From Chiloscyllium plagiosum (Eukaryota), in contig NC_057752.1 in NCBI RefSeq assembly GCF_004010195.1, positions 4,468,590 through 4,532,589 of the forward strand: a DNA stretch of 64,000 nt. The letters run 5' to 3'. Under the pieces are notes generated by a model. The model did no database searches. It was given only the letters and a program-made list of their open reading frames with translations, and had not been told where the DNA came from. The position numbers were made by a program, and so were the translations under genes. Each line of letters opens with the position of its first letter. Positions within the stretch are counted from its first letter, which is position 1. This document shows positions 10,801 to 24,553 of this stretch, piece by piece.

Positions 10801-13800
10801 ATTATATATTAGAGCTATCTTTTATTAATGCATCACCTGTCAATTGATATTACTGCAGTGTAGAGAATATGATGTTACAGATATTCAGCATTACAACTTT
10901 ATTGACTGCCTTCTGATTTTGGAGGTGCTCCTGCAGAAGTGGCTACCCTGACAGTTCCCCAATTTTATACTACCCTCATACTCTTCTGTTGCTTGAAACT
11001 ATCGAAATCCAATGTTAATAAGCACAATCTCAAGATTTCTACTGAGTACTCATGACTTAAAATGGTCTGCTACAATCAGAAATGCATGATAAAAGACTGC
11101 TGAAAAATGTTATTTGTTGGAAAATCAAAATTCACAAAGTTGAGACTCGATTTGTGTTAACATTTTTCCAAATATAAAATATACACAATTCTATGTGTAA
11201 CATGATCCTAATTGTGAAAGCAGATCAGGAAAAACACACACATCTATTGGAAATCAGAAATAAAACTCATTTTCAATTTTGAATCTTGCAGCACAAGGCC
11301 ATCGATCCCTCTGCCAAAATATCCTTATGAAAAAAAAATTTATGCTAGGAATAAATTTAACTAACTGTAGTTTAGTTTGCTAAACATACACAAGGCTGTC
11401 TAAAACAGTTTATAACAATTAATAGCCATTGATACATAGAGGTCAAACGTTTCAATTTGTTGTAGGAATGCAGAATTTCAGTGTAGCATCAGTGCACCAG
11501 AATCAGAATCATCTGGATTCAATAGTCTCTACACAACGACTTACCCTAATTTTCATCAATTCCCTCTAAGATGCAAGTTTTTAAAAGAAAAAATGCAATT
11601 CTACGGATTTTTGCTGCATCAAATATAATCATAAAATATACACAAACATGTTATACCAACTCACTTCATGAATAAATTACAAAACCGCATCTACTTCAGC
11701 CATAGAGGACATTTTCTGATGTGTTTTATAGACCATATTGTATAACTTTCAAAGAAAGCATTTTTAAAAAAAAGACAATGCAACACACGATAGAGATAGC
11801 ATCTTTCCCCAACACACTCTCAAATTAACAGATTAAATAACGATCAGTTCTGCCTATGGCATTTTGTTCAGCATCGTTGATTTTTTAAAAAAAAAGTTGC
11901 TCAGAAATGCTTAAAATAAACACAGTAAGGCCCCAGGTATTTTGCATGCTTTTGACACTTACCATATGAAGATTATATTTTTGGTGGAATTGAAGATATT
12001 CACAACTAATTTAAGTATGCAAAAAACATTTTTAAGAATAAAACTCAGAAAATATACAACAGGTTAACTTTTAGCAATGACGTGCATTAATACATTACCT
12101 TTAATGTACAAAAAGCTGCTCAGACTTCACAGATACGTAACCAGACACAAATAATGTCTAGTCATAGGAGTTGACAAAAGTCTAGATCAGTTTCAAGGAG
12201 TTGTCTTAAAAGGAGGAGCGAGAGATGGATGTTATTTTAAAGAATGGGGCTTACTGATACCTGAAGACATGACCACAAAAACTGAGTAATAGAGGTGCGT
12301 GGGAGAGGTGGTTGTTGGGTGCAGGCAACTACATAAATAGGGAAGGGACAGGCCATATGGGACTTTAAACAAAGAAAAAAAATTAAATTTAAAGCTGTTG
12401 GTGGGGTAACAGCATATTTAGATCAAAGACAATGGTGATGACGGAGCAAGACTTGAACAGCAGAATTTGGGGTGAGCTAAAGTTTACAGTAGATGAATGT
12501 TAATGGCCAGCCAGGTGAGTACTGGAACAATGGAGTATGGATGTGAAAATGCTTGGATGAGGTTTTCAGCAAATGAAATGATGCAGGGGCAGAGATTAAC
12601 AACAACATGGAACTAGAGTTGACAGTCTTTGTGGTGAAGGGGATATAGGATTGAAAACTTTGTTACCATTTTTGACCTTGAACTATGTTATTCAGACAGA
12701 CAATAACCAGAGAGGAAGATGATATTGATGTTTAAGACGACAATGGAAATGTAGGTATGCCAGTGCTTAGAGGATCAAGTATGGCTCGCCCAATAGAATG
12801 GACAACCATATTGAAAAATTCACAATGATCATGGTCACAGAGACATCAAGTGACTTCGGTTACAGACTTTACCATGCTTTAGCAGAATGGAATATCTAAG
12901 AGATATTACGCTACAAATCCACTCTATTATGTTAGTCCATTGTGCACTAAATATAAAAGGTTGAGTAAAAGAAATGACAAAAGAATGAGTATGCTCTCTG
13001 GTGCACTGCTGTGGAAATTCCTATTGTTGAACTAAAAGTTGACTTAAATCCAGTCAAATTTCAGAAACATGAATCCATGGAGCAAAACTGATAATGGACT
13101 GTATAAAACAAGGCTTACTATCATTTTGTCTGTGGAGGACAATGGAAAGATTTTGCTGGAGGTCTCATTTAAGCATAATCTCGTTATTACATAAAAGTGT
13201 AATCTATTGAACTGTCACAATAATATAAACTGTTACCAAGAGATAGAACAAACATCAGTGTTTTATACCTACCACTAATTACAAGCATTCTTGGAAAAAT
13301 ACATTGCATAGAACTCCCTGATCCGATGTCACTGAGTTCCTATTCCATTCATCTGATAAATGGGCAGTATTCACTCATATCAATGTGGCAGAGCCTTTGA
13401 GAGATAACAGTGGAGAACTACATATGTCTACAACTAGATTAGATCCAACAGTTTTCACTTATAAAGCCAAACCAACAGGAGGTAACTGATAGGCTATTAA
13501 TACAGTATTTTGGATTCCCAGAAGTAGGACTTGCTTCCTCATTTAATTTTTTAGGTGAGCATTTACATGACGGCAGATTAAATACCAATCTAAGAGTCTC
13601 AAATGTTATGAAGTACAAAATTCTTCAATATTCAAAATGGGCTTCTACGTGCTAGAATTCCAAAGAGATGACAGTTTAGAAGGTCAGAATTTGGGAACAT
13701 AACTGTTCTGAACAGAGATCAATAGAATAAATTCTGTGTACACCACTGGAACTTCGTCTGTAGCATTCTGAGAAATCAATATCACTCGCCCATATACATC

Positions 13801-14910
13801 CAGGAATGAAGTGCAAGTGAAATGTCAGTGTTGTGTCCTAGGAATTACATCATTAGTTTAGAATTCTAACAAGAATTACAGCACAAAAACAGGCCAATCG
13901 TCCTAACCAGTCGTCATCCACATTTTTGTTCCACACAAACAATTCCATAAATGACATTTATCTATTGTTAGCATACTAACTCTTCAACTCCTTTTCCTTC
14001 ACCTACCTATTCAATTCATCTCGAAATGTTGACAGTTATGGTGTTACCACAATTCTTGGAAGCGAACAACAGTCTCTCAACTTTCTGTCTTCATTCTGAC
14101 TCTTAAATTAACCTTGCATTTCCAACCCTTATTCTTGACTCAAGGACTGAAAATTTATTGCTGCTTTCTCTCATAATTGTAAACACTTAATTATATTACC
14201 TATTAACTGTAGTTGTGCAGACATTTTCATGAGTGGTGTGTCTGGAAAATGACCACGGGAATACATGTGAATATTAAAAATTTGAGACTTCCGTATGTTT
14301 GACCAGCAATACTTACAAAATGCCCATTGTAAATGCACCTGATAGTTTTAATTTTGAACCTAGGTGGTGTTATAAGTCAAAAGTAGTGTTTAAGAATAAA
14401 CCATGGCTGCTTCTTTAGATGCACTTACCAACCTGCAAGTATGTTTGTAAGACAGGATATCATCCCAAGCTGCTTCACAGGAGCAAAATCAGACAAAATT
14501 TAACACCAAGCAGAAGGAGGAGATATTAGGATAGGCCTAAAAGGTGGATAGACTTTCGCAAGTTTCTTAAATGAAGAAAAGGGTACAGGCAAAGAACTTT
14601 AAGGAGGGAACCTCTAAGCTTAGGTTGGTGAAGGCATGTACATCAACAGTAGTATAAGGATGCACAAGAGATGAGTTAGTGGAAGGCAAAGTTCTTCAAG
14701 GGAAATATATTAAGAAGCAGTCACAGCAATAGATGTGGGTTAAGAGTAGAACAATGAATTGGGTCGGGGTGGGGTGGTTGCAATGTGATTCAACTGTGAA
14801 GGAGTGAATATTTTGGCAGAGGCTGAAGGTAATACCTTTGGTCTACTAAAGTGGAGGAAACTAAAATATATAGAACAAGCAATCGAATACAATGGAGAAG
14901 TTGAGACAGA

Positions 14911-15236
14911 CACAGAATCCCGAAAGTGTGGAACCAGGCCCTTCAGCCCAACAAGTCCACACTGACTCTCCGAAGAATAGTCCACCCAGACCCAATCCCC
15001 TACTGCTCTACGTTTACCCCAGACTAATACACTTAACCAACGTATCCCTGAACACGATGGGCAATTTACCTAACCTGCACACCTTTGGATGGTGAGAGGA
15101 AACCGGAGCACCTGGAGGAAACCCACGCAGACACAGGGAGGACGCATAAACTCCACACATACAGTTGCCCGAGGCAGAAATCGAACCCAGGTCCCTGGTG
15201 CTGAGAGGCAACAGTGCTAACCACTGAGCCACCCCG
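14911..15236 (-). mobile_element. HE1-type V-SINE
   Basis: tRNA-like head GGTGGCTCAGTGGTTAGCACTG...GGTTCGATT, V-domain TGCGTGGGTTTCCTCC, and LINE-derived tail GAAGGGCCTG.TTCCACAC. Confidence 0.9.
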
Positions 15237-16470
15237 GTCTCACAAACTTGACTGAGGGTTTTTGAAGTAACAAAGAGGATTGATGAGAGCAGAGCAGTGG
15301 ATATGATCTATATGGACTTCAATGTGACAAGGTTCCTCATGGTAGGCTGGTTAGCAAGGTTATATATACACAAAATACACAGTGAACTCGCTCAAAGGTA
15401 GAAGACCTATGGTGGTGGTGGAGGCCTGCTTTTCAGACTGGAGGCCTGTGACCAGTGGTGTGCAACAAAGATCAATGCGGGGTACACTGCTTTTTGTCAT
15501 TTATATAAACGACTTGGATATGAACATAGGAGCTATAGTTAGTAAGTTTGCAGATGACATTAAAATTGGAGGCGTAGTGGACAGTGAATAAGATTACCCT
15601 TACAGCACCATGGGATCTTGATCAGATGGGTCAATGGACTGAGGAGTGGTAGAAGAAGTATAATTTAGATAAATGTGACATGCTGCATTTTGAAAAGGCA
15701 AAGTAGGGCAGGACTTATACACTTAATGGTAAGGTCCTGGGAAGTGTTGCTAAACAAAGAGAACTTTGGAGTGCAGTTCATAGTTCCTTGAAAGCAGAGT
15801 TGCAGGCAGATAGGATAGCGAAGGCAGAATTTGGTGCCTTTATTGGTCAGTGCACTGAGTACAGGAGTTGGGAGGTCATGTTGTGGCTTTACAGGATATT
15901 GGTGAGGCCACTTTGGAGTATTGCGTGCAATTGTGGTCTCCCTCCTATAAGAAAGATGTTGTGAAACTTGAAAGGATTCAGAAAAGATTTACGAGGATGT
16001 TGCCAGAGTTAGAGGGTTTGAGCCATAGGGAGAGGTTGAATAGGAGGGTGAGACTATTTTCCCTGGCGTGTTGGAGGCTGGGGGGGGGGGGGGGGGGGGG
16101 GGTTTATAGAGGTTTATAAAATCATGAGAGACAGAGTAAACGGACAAGATATTTTCCCCGGGGTAAAATAGCACAAAACTAGAGGGCATAGGTTGAAGGT
16201 GAGGTGGAAAGATTTAAAAGAGATGCAAGGGCAACTTTTTCCATGCAGAGGGTGGTGAGTGTATGGATTGAGCTGCCAGAGTAAGTGGTGAAGGCTGGTA
16301 CAGCTACAACATTTGAAAGGCATCTGGGAATGGGTACGTGAATCAGAAGGCTTGCGAGGAATTTGGGACAAATGCTGGCAAACTGGACTAGATTTACACA
16401 GGATGTTTGGTCAGATTGGACAAGTTGGACCGAAGGGTCTATTTACATGCTGTATATCTCTCTCACTCTA
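15237..16470 (+). mobile_element. CR1/HER1 LINE, decayed RT through 3' UTR
   Basis: Peptide remnants TLLFVIYINDLD, SKFADD, LEYCVQLWSP and KRFTRMLP, with frameshifts and stops. Confidence 0.92.
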
Positions 16471-18279
16471 AGTGTGAAACCTGACATTACACCTTCAATG
16501 ATGTTGCTGAGGGGCAGCACGTAGCTTTTGAAATAGGTGGTGGCCATGGACATAAGCTTAGGAGACGCCAAAGCTAACAGCGAGGTAGCAGGAAACAAAA
16601 GCAACACAGAAGCTTCTCTGGCTACAACTGAATGGCTAAGAAGAACAATGGCAACAAGAGTAGTGCATTCAATTCCATTAGTTCACACTGCCAGATAGAC
16701 AATGGTTAGTTTGAATCAGAACCCCATCTACCCTCCTTGTTTCTGTGATTCTTAACACCTTACCTAACAAAAATATATCAATTGTAGCATTGCTGTTTTC
16801 CAATTTAGATTTTCACTACCTTTTTTGTGAAGAATGCTTTCAGACTTCACTCCTGGAGAACCTAGTCCTTGTTTTGGACTCTCCCACAAGAGACAATAGT
16901 TTCTTTCTATCCACCTGATAAAGTCACTAATTATAACACATTATTTAGATCATCTTTTAATCTTCTGTAAATCTTGGCCTTATAATTTAAATAATTTTAG
17001 TCCCAACACCATTCAGGTTTGAATACATACCCATTTTCTCTACTCCCTTGTCTAATTCCTCTCCAAGCCTATCAAATACAGCAAAGATGTTTGTGAAAGA
17101 TGAGGAAGAACAGTCAGCAAAGTCACAGGATGCCTTTGGTTAAAGGCATCCTGTGATCTGACATGAGGCGTGATAATGGCAGATTTGAAGGAAATGGCAG
17201 ATTTGAAGGAAAAAGGAGTAGTGCACAAACAGAGAAAAGTTGGGGTGTAAATAGTTTAGGAGCAATAGGGTCCAGAGAGTAAGAGCTGGATCTTTAACCC
17301 TCCTCTACCATTTAATTAGATGATAGCAGATTTGTATACCCAACTCCCAGCCTTTGGTGACTGCGTAAAGTTTGCATGTTCTCCCCGTGTCTGTGTTGGT
17401 TTCCCCCTACAATCCAAAGACGTGCGGGTTAGGTAGATTGGCCAAGCCTGTAGTTTTCAGGGCAGGGTAGCTAGGTGGATTAGCCATGGTAAATGTGGGG
17501 TTACAAGATATGGTGGTCTTTGAATGGTTAGTGCAGTCTCGATGGGCCGAATGGCCTCCTTCCACACTGTAGGGGTTCTATGAATATTTAAAAATAAATT
17601 AATTCGAATTTTGAAAGCACCACATATCCCATCTTTCAAAGTTGCTCCGGGAAAAGAATTCCAGTTGTGGACGAGAGAAAAATCTGATTCCCCAAATGGC
17701 CTAGTTCTAATTTTAAGATGACCATATCCCTTCATCCTCGATCCCCAGAAGGAATCATTTCTCTGTACCTATTTTACTGAATCCTTTTAACACCTTAAAT
17801 ATCTTAAACTACCCCTCAAGGAATTACAAGTCACCTTACTCTCCTGATCTAACCCTTTAAACTTGCTTCAATTCTTTGCCACTTAAATTTAGGAGTGAAA
17901 ATGGGGGTGGCAGAGCATGCCAGGAGAATGACAGCTAAAGGGAGAGAGCACAAGGATTTTTCTACTGGAAATGGGATAACATAGCTGGAGAGGAGACATA
18001 TTTGAGCAGATCAGTAGTTGCGGAAGCATCCTGGCAAACAGGAGACCAAATTAGTCTTGATTTGATTGGAGGTAATGGGAACAGACTCCGTACGTAAGAT
18101 GGTGGCTCCGAATCTGGGCAGGAAAGCTGATCGGGAAGTCAGTCGGAACCGACAGGTTTGCAAACCAAACAGTGTGATTCAAGTTTCGGCCTCCACAGAA
18201 TTTAGAATGTGCAGATACCATTTTCGCGAAATGGGTGATTACAAATGATGCCGCAAGGACCCGCAGAAGTTCCAACACG

Positions 18280-18800
18280 CGTACGCAGCGTGACAGTTAG
18301 GACCACAGGGTAAAATACCGGTCCAAAGGGGGTGGCAGCATTTTTTGAGAAGCTGAAGTTGATTGCATATGGCCTGACCCGTCCGGTGCGCGCATGCGCA
18401 CCGCGCCTGGAGCCGCCAAGTTGCAGCAGAGGCCGAAGCCCCGAGTTACCGCTCGCTCATTCGCACACGTACCGCAACCCATAAGGCAGCCGTTCGCCTC
18501 GCTTTTATTTGTCCTCGCCACGCCGCAGGCCTCCCAACCGCCCAACACGACATCCCTTCACCCCGCTTTCCAAAGCAAACGAATGGAGGGGGATGGGGGG
18601 GTGAAGCCACAAGTTGAACGCATTTCGTCCCTTTTTCTTGGCCCCGCGCGACACCCGCAGCTACTCACCTGAAGACGCCATATTGGAGAATGACCACTGA
18701 CAGAACCCGGATGTCGGCGTCACGTGATGCCTAAACTTCTTGGCAGTTGGAAGGTAAATCTTGTGGTTCGCGATTGTTTCGTTTAAATAAAGCGCAGGCG
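18280..18800 (-). promoter_or_regulatory. EIF4B: EIF4B CpG-rich promoter and first-intron region
   Basis: Strong local CpG/GC enrichment. E-box TCACGTGA at 18720-18727, ETS CCGGATGT at 18707-18714, YY1-like CGCCATATT over the ATG, NRF1 palindrome GCGCATGCGC at 18390-18399. Confidence 0.85.
18669..18681 (-). CDS. EIF4B: eIF4B coding exon 1 (MASS + G)
   Basis: Minus strand reads ccaatATG GCG TCT TCA G|gtgagt inside a CpG-rich region. A 13-nt first coding exon matches vertebrate EIF4B and joins exon 2 in phase 1. Confidence 0.93.
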
Positions 18801-19000
18801 GTCATTTTTTTTATTGTTTTTTTTGAAAACATGCTGCAAAATGACCGTTTAATATAAGAACACTTTAGAATCTGAAAAGAATAGAAGCACACTGAGTTGT
18901 TTGTGGATAAACAAAAATCTCGTCAGCATTTCCAGGTTTTTAAAATAATCTGGCTTTTCAGCACCAACAGAAAGTTAATTTTTGTTCACATTTCAGTTAG

Positions 19001-19217
19001 GAGGAGAAAGTGAGGTCTGCAGATGCTGGAGATCAGAGCTGAAAATGTGTTGCTGGAAAAGCGCAGCAGGTCAGGCAGCATTCAAGGAAAAGGAGGATCG
19101 ACATTTCGGGCATAAGCCCTTCTTCAGGAATCAGAAGGGCTTATGCCAGAAACGTCGATTCTCCTGTTCCTTGGATGCTGCCTGACCTGCTGCGCTGTTC
19201 CAGCAACACATTTTCAG
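19001..19217. mobile_element. PLE mini-element family A, fold-back (two inverted arms)
   Basis: Arms 19001-19130 and 19131-19217 are inverted copies. Perfect 14-bp TSD cacatttcagttag at 18987-19000 and 19218-19231. Confidence 0.88.
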
Positions 19218-19822
19218 CACATTTCAGTTAGTCAGTTTACATATGAGAAATAGTCTGTCAATCTATAGATCTACGACTTAATACCAAGTTTTCCTTTGCC
19301 ACAAATCCCAACTACTTAGGTTTCCTCCCATTGGTAATGCCACCCATTAACTGGTACAACCATCTCTTGTGATTCTTCCACTGTTCATTGTGAAACGTAA
19401 CCAACATCCCTGAGAAGTTGAAATTTCCTTCAGTTAAAAGCACTGGCAAGACTGAAACCTTGGCCTTTGTGTCCCTTCATCCTTTGAGGAGATGGGCAGG
19501 ATGTTAAAAGTCTAAGAGTTATAATTAATAAGGTTTTAACTTTAAAATTAGAGTCAAAGAGAGAAGTCAGGATACACTTCTTCACTCAAAGAAGTGTGGA
19601 ACTTTCTCCCAAAAAGAATAATGGATACAACCTCAAATCTTTTGAGTCCACGATCGATAGATCTTTGCTGTATTCCAAAAGGAAAAACCAGTAAAGCTTG
19701 CAAACATCTTGCTGTTTTTATTCCTGGTTTCTTCTATCGGCAGTAATCTGATGTGTGTAGGATGCTAACACACCAGGCATTTTCCTTTTTCTTCCTTAAT
19801 TACCACAGGACACCCCCAATAT

Positions 19823-20395
19823 ATAGAAACATAGATGATAGGTACAGGAGGAGGCCATTCAGCCATTTGAGCCTGTTCTGCCATTCGTCACGATTGTGGC
19901 TGATCGTCCAACTCAATAGTCTAATCCTGCTTTCTCCCCATAATATTTGATTCCATTCACCTCAAGTGCTGTATCTAGCTGCCTCTTGAACACATTCAAT
20001 GTTTTGGCATCAACTACTTCCTGTGATAAGGAATTGCACAGGCTCTTTGGGTGAAGAAATGTCTCCTCGTCTCTGTTCTAAATGGTCTACCCTGAATCCT
20101 CAAACTGTGACCTCTGGTTCTGGACACACCCGCTATCTGGAACATCTATCCTGTGTAGTCCTGTTTGAATTTTGTAAGTCTCTGAGATTCCCCTTCATTT
20201 GTCTGAACGTCAGCAAAAGCAATCCTAACCTAGTCAATCTCTCCTCATACATCAGTCCCACCATCCCTGGAATCAGCCTGATAAACCTTCACTGCACTCC
20301 CTTGAGAGCAAGAGCATCCTTCCTCAGAGAAGGAGAACAAAACTGCATACAATATTCTAGGTGTGGCCTCATCAAGGCCCTGTATAGCTGCAACA
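19823..20395 (-). mobile_element. CR1 LINE 3' fragment
   Basis: Minus strand reads LYRALMRPHLEYCMQFCSP-like, followed by a CR1 3' UTR. Confidence 0.8.
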
Positions 20396-20649
20396 TTTTT
20401 CACATTCTAAGATGAAGAGCCACGCAAGTCACCCTGCACGCAGCACTGTGGTTAAGTTGAGGGTGCTGATTCTGTATCACTATGTCCTCAAATTGGGGAA
20501 ATTAAAAAACCCAGCAAAACTGGGATATAATGCGCTGGTCATACTGCAGTTCCATTTCAAGTATTCAAATTAAATCGGACCAGTAGTCATCATTCCCAAG
20601 TTTAATTTGATTTTTATCTTCTATCCAGCAGTTTAAAAATCTGTTTTAT

Positions 20650-20965
20650 GGGCAGCACAGGGGTTAGCACTGCTGCCTCACAGTGCCAGAGACCCGGGTT
20701 CAATTCCCGCCTCAGGCGACTGTGTGTGGAGTTTACACATTCTCCCTGTGCCTGTGTGGGTTTCCTCCGGGTACTCCGGTTTCCTCCCATAATCCAAAAT
20801 GTGCAGGTTAGGTGAATTGGCCATGCTAAATTGCCCGTAGTGTTAGGTGAAGGGGTAAATGTAGGGGAATGGGTCTGGGTGGGTTACGCTTCAGCGGGTC
20901 GGTGTGGACTTGTTGGGCCGAAGGGCCTGTTTCCACACTGTAAGTAATCTAATCTAATCTAATCT
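20650..20965 (+). mobile_element. HE1-type V-SINE, near full length with (AATCT)n tail
   Basis: tRNA head, V-domain, HER1-like tail and terminal taatctaatctaatct. Confidence 0.93.
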
Positions 20966-22437
20966 TTCCTTCAGTGTCGAGTTGCTACTGTTGGATCTAC
21001 TGCATCTACCATCCCTATCTAGTCTGGGCCGACATGTGACTCTAGTTCCACAGCAATGAAAGATTTGTAGAAGAGGATGAGTTGATCTGTTCATTGATGG
21101 TGAGCCAGTGTAGACCAGCAAGGACATTCAGATGTGGAGTTTGGGTGATTCGGAATTTATTGTAGTTAAGTGGCGATTAGAGGATGTGAAATAATTAAGT
21201 CTATTGTTGGAGGCATGAATATGGGAGTGGAGTAGGGTACATAGGTTAGCAATGTTGTGGGCTTGGAAATAAATGATCTTGATAATGCATAAGATATGGG
21301 GTTTAAGCTCAGCTGTGGATCAAACAGAAAGCCAAGGATTTGACATTACACAGAAGTTACAGCATTAAACAGCCATTTGGCTCAACTGGTTACTATTGCT
21401 TTTTATGTTCCACAAAAGCCTCATGCAGTCAACATATCCTTCTGTTGGTTTCTTTCTCATGTATTTCTCCTTAAGTATGTCAATGCTATTCACCCCTTGT
21501 GATAGGAAGCTCCACATTCTAACTACTCTCTGGATAAAGCAGTTCCTCCTGAATTCCCTGTTGGATTTATTGGTGACTATTTTATTTATGGCCATTATTT
21601 TGGACTCCTTAATAAATGAAAATATCTTCTCTGTCTATTCTATCAAGTCCTTCTAAAAACTCCCAGAGCAAGGAACCCCAAGCCTTTGTTTTTGATATTC
21701 AGTTGGACAAAATTATGGCTCATCTGTAATCTAGGTAAGAACTGACAAAAATACGTGTATCTAATTGATACTTTTCAGATTTAACTGAATTTATTCAGAT
21801 TTTTCTAGTCATTTTCCAGTTGGTTTTGTCTTTCTAACACTCAGTCTGTGGCTCACAAACAGTCCGCTACTATTTAGTGTGTTAAGCACACTCTTAGAAT
21901 CCATCAAATTGCATAACCAAACTGCAAAGTGAATGAATCACCTCACTTGCAGAAACATTAACAATAAAATTTGTAATAAACAAGCATGATAATATGTCTT
22001 AATACAGTAGACTAATGCCAGTCATGCTATTGTTATGGCTCCAGTTGGAGAGATCAAAGGGAACATTCTATGCAACTGTACTGGTTACACCCATTCTCAT
22101 TGTACTAAGAGGCTACTATTCACCTGAAAAATATGGTTTATGAAAAGTGAGACAGCATATATCACAATGTCATTATATTCTGCTGTAGCTGACTCCTTAA
22201 TTGCAGTGAATGTCAGCTCTTAGGAAGTGGAATGTGTTTGTCGTGTAACCTGAAGTAATAATTACTGAAAGCTCCCAACTAATGTTCTTGACATGGCCCT
22301 TGTATCAACTTGAATGAAGAGATTGCAGACTGGAATTTTCTCTTTAAATTAGCGTCCTCGTGAGGTGCCTTTGTAACATGCCAAACTATAAACCTGTGGT
22401 CAGAGCAGGCTTTCACTCAATAACTTAGCTCTCCTAG

Positions 22438-22942
22438 TCATGGGGTCATAGAGATGTACAGCACGGAAACAGACCCTTCGGTCCAACCCGTCCATGCCGA
22501 CCAGATATCCCAACCCAATCTAGTCCCACCTGCCAGCACCCGGCCCATATCTCTCTCAACCCTTCCTATTCATGTACCCATCCAGATGCCTTTTAAATGT
22601 TGTAATTGTACCAGCCTCCACCATTTCCTCTGGCAGCTCATTCCATACATGTACCACCCTGTGTGTGAAAATGTTGCCCCTTAGGTCTTTCTATATCTTT
22701 CCCCTCTCATCCTAAACCTATGCCCTCTCGTTCTGGACTCCCCGACCCCAGGGAAAAGCCCTTGTCTATTTATCCTATCCATGCCCCTCATGATTTTGTA
22801 AACCTCTATAAGGTCACCCCTCAGCCTCCGACACTCCAGGGAAAACAGCCTCAGCCTGTTCAGCCTCTCCCTATAGCTCAGATCCTCCAACCCTGGCAAC
22901 ATCCTTGTAAATCTTTTCTGAACCCTTTCAAGTTTTACAACA
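22438..22942 (-). mobile_element. CR1/HER1 LINE 3' fragment
   Basis: ORF KLERVQKRFTRMLPGLEDLSYRERL...LRGDLIEVYKIM. Confidence 0.93.
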
Positions 22943-24199
22943 TATAGCTGAGCATCTGACTGCATTTGGAACATCTAAAGAGGATTTTCATCATTTAGTA
23001 TCCATAAACAATCTTTTAGTCGAAGATATTTATATTGGCTCCATCCCAAACAGATCAGAAAAATAGAAACAGGAGTAGACCTGGTGTTCAGCCATTTTGC
23101 TTATCCATCAAACTTATCCAGATCTCTTCATAATGTAATATCATGCATTGCCTCATTGTCAGAGGTGCCATTCTAGGGGGAAAAAAGTTAAACCAAGATC
23201 CTAGTCTACCCCAATACCGCAGGTGGTTTTTCTAACACATTTTAAAGGGGAGCCAAGCAGTTTTCCCAGGTATTCTGGTCATAAATCAAGGAAAACAGGT
23301 GAACTGGTCATTCAACTATTTATAGAATCATGCTGTGCACAAAATGGCTGTTATGTTCATCACCCATAACAATATTTATCCTATAGTCCAACCATGGGGG
23401 AGGGGAGTGTGTTCTTCTAAGTAAACCTTTGGTGTCGTCCCCTTCTTCAAATCCCTTATTTGCCACTGATGTCTCTCAAATGCTTTAGCCTTGAAATGAC
23501 TTGATGAGATTAGTGTACAAACATACAATGGGTCAAATTGTGCAAAAGCGAGGCATCTTGCTTGCACGGTCTGCTATTTAGACACTTTCCTGCACATTTC
23601 AGCTCAATTACAATTACGATTTCCAGCATAATATGTTGGAAGTATGACCTAAACATAACATGGTGAGGGCATCGGGAACCTTCTTGAAAAATGGGATTAG
23701 CTGTCTGAACCAATGACATTTAAGCATTCAACACATAACACAGGAATAATGGGAAAGGACGATACATTGGGTTGAAATCAGGTTCAGAAGGCGAAACAAA
23801 CAAAATGGGAACTCAGTAGAACACTGCCACTCTGTGTTAAGTTGACGTTATTGCACTTCTCTTCTTTGAGAAATTCCCTGGTTGGTTGGTACTCTGTAAC
23901 CATAAAGTGTACATAAAATCTTTTTGTTAGGCGTTTCCGTGTTGCTGAGGATGCTTCAGGCCAGTCCACATCCAACAGCCTACTTTGAAAGCTCTGCTCA
24001 CATTTCGATAGCTGTGACAAATTGCACCTCAGCTACTGAGACATTCCACAACTAAACACACATCATGAGAAATAACCAATGCGCCCTATCTCCCAATGTC
24101 AATGGGTTCTTGAAAGAATTCCAGAATCTGAATCCAGATCAAACCTTCATCAAAATATTTCCTCTTGGGCCATATCCTACATGTGTACCAAGTTTCCTT

Positions 24200-24553
24200 T
24201 GAGATTGGAGCGTCGGAAGCTGAGGGGTGACCTTAGAGGTTTATAAAATCATGAGGGGCATAAACTAGAGGGCATAGGTTTAGGGTGAGAGGGGAAAGAT
24301 TTAAAAGGGACCTGAGGGTCAACTTTTTTCACATCGAGGGTTGTGCGTGAATGGAAGGAGCTGCCAGAGGAAGTGGTGGAGGCTGGTACAATGACAATAT
24401 TTAAAAGGCATCTGAATGGGTATATGAATAGGAAGGGTTTAGAGGGATATAGGCCAAGTCCTGGCAAATGGGTCTACATTAGGTTAGGGTATCTGGTCAG
24501 CATGGACAAATTGGACCGAAGGGTCTGTTTTTGTGCTGTACATCTCTATGACT
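24200..24553 (+). mobile_element. CR1/HER1 LINE 3' fragment
   Basis: WKELPEEVVEAGT...FKRHLNGYMN followed by the HER1-type 3' tail. Confidence 0.88.

Noticed and set aside
1..18668. Intronic box C/D snoRNAs in EIF4B
   Set aside because: No properly spaced sense-strand RTGATGA...CTGA pair was found by eye. H/ACA RNAs cannot be excluded without Infernal.
20650..20720. tRNA-like A/B boxes
   Set aside because: These are SINE heads continuing into V-domain bodies, not tRNA genes.
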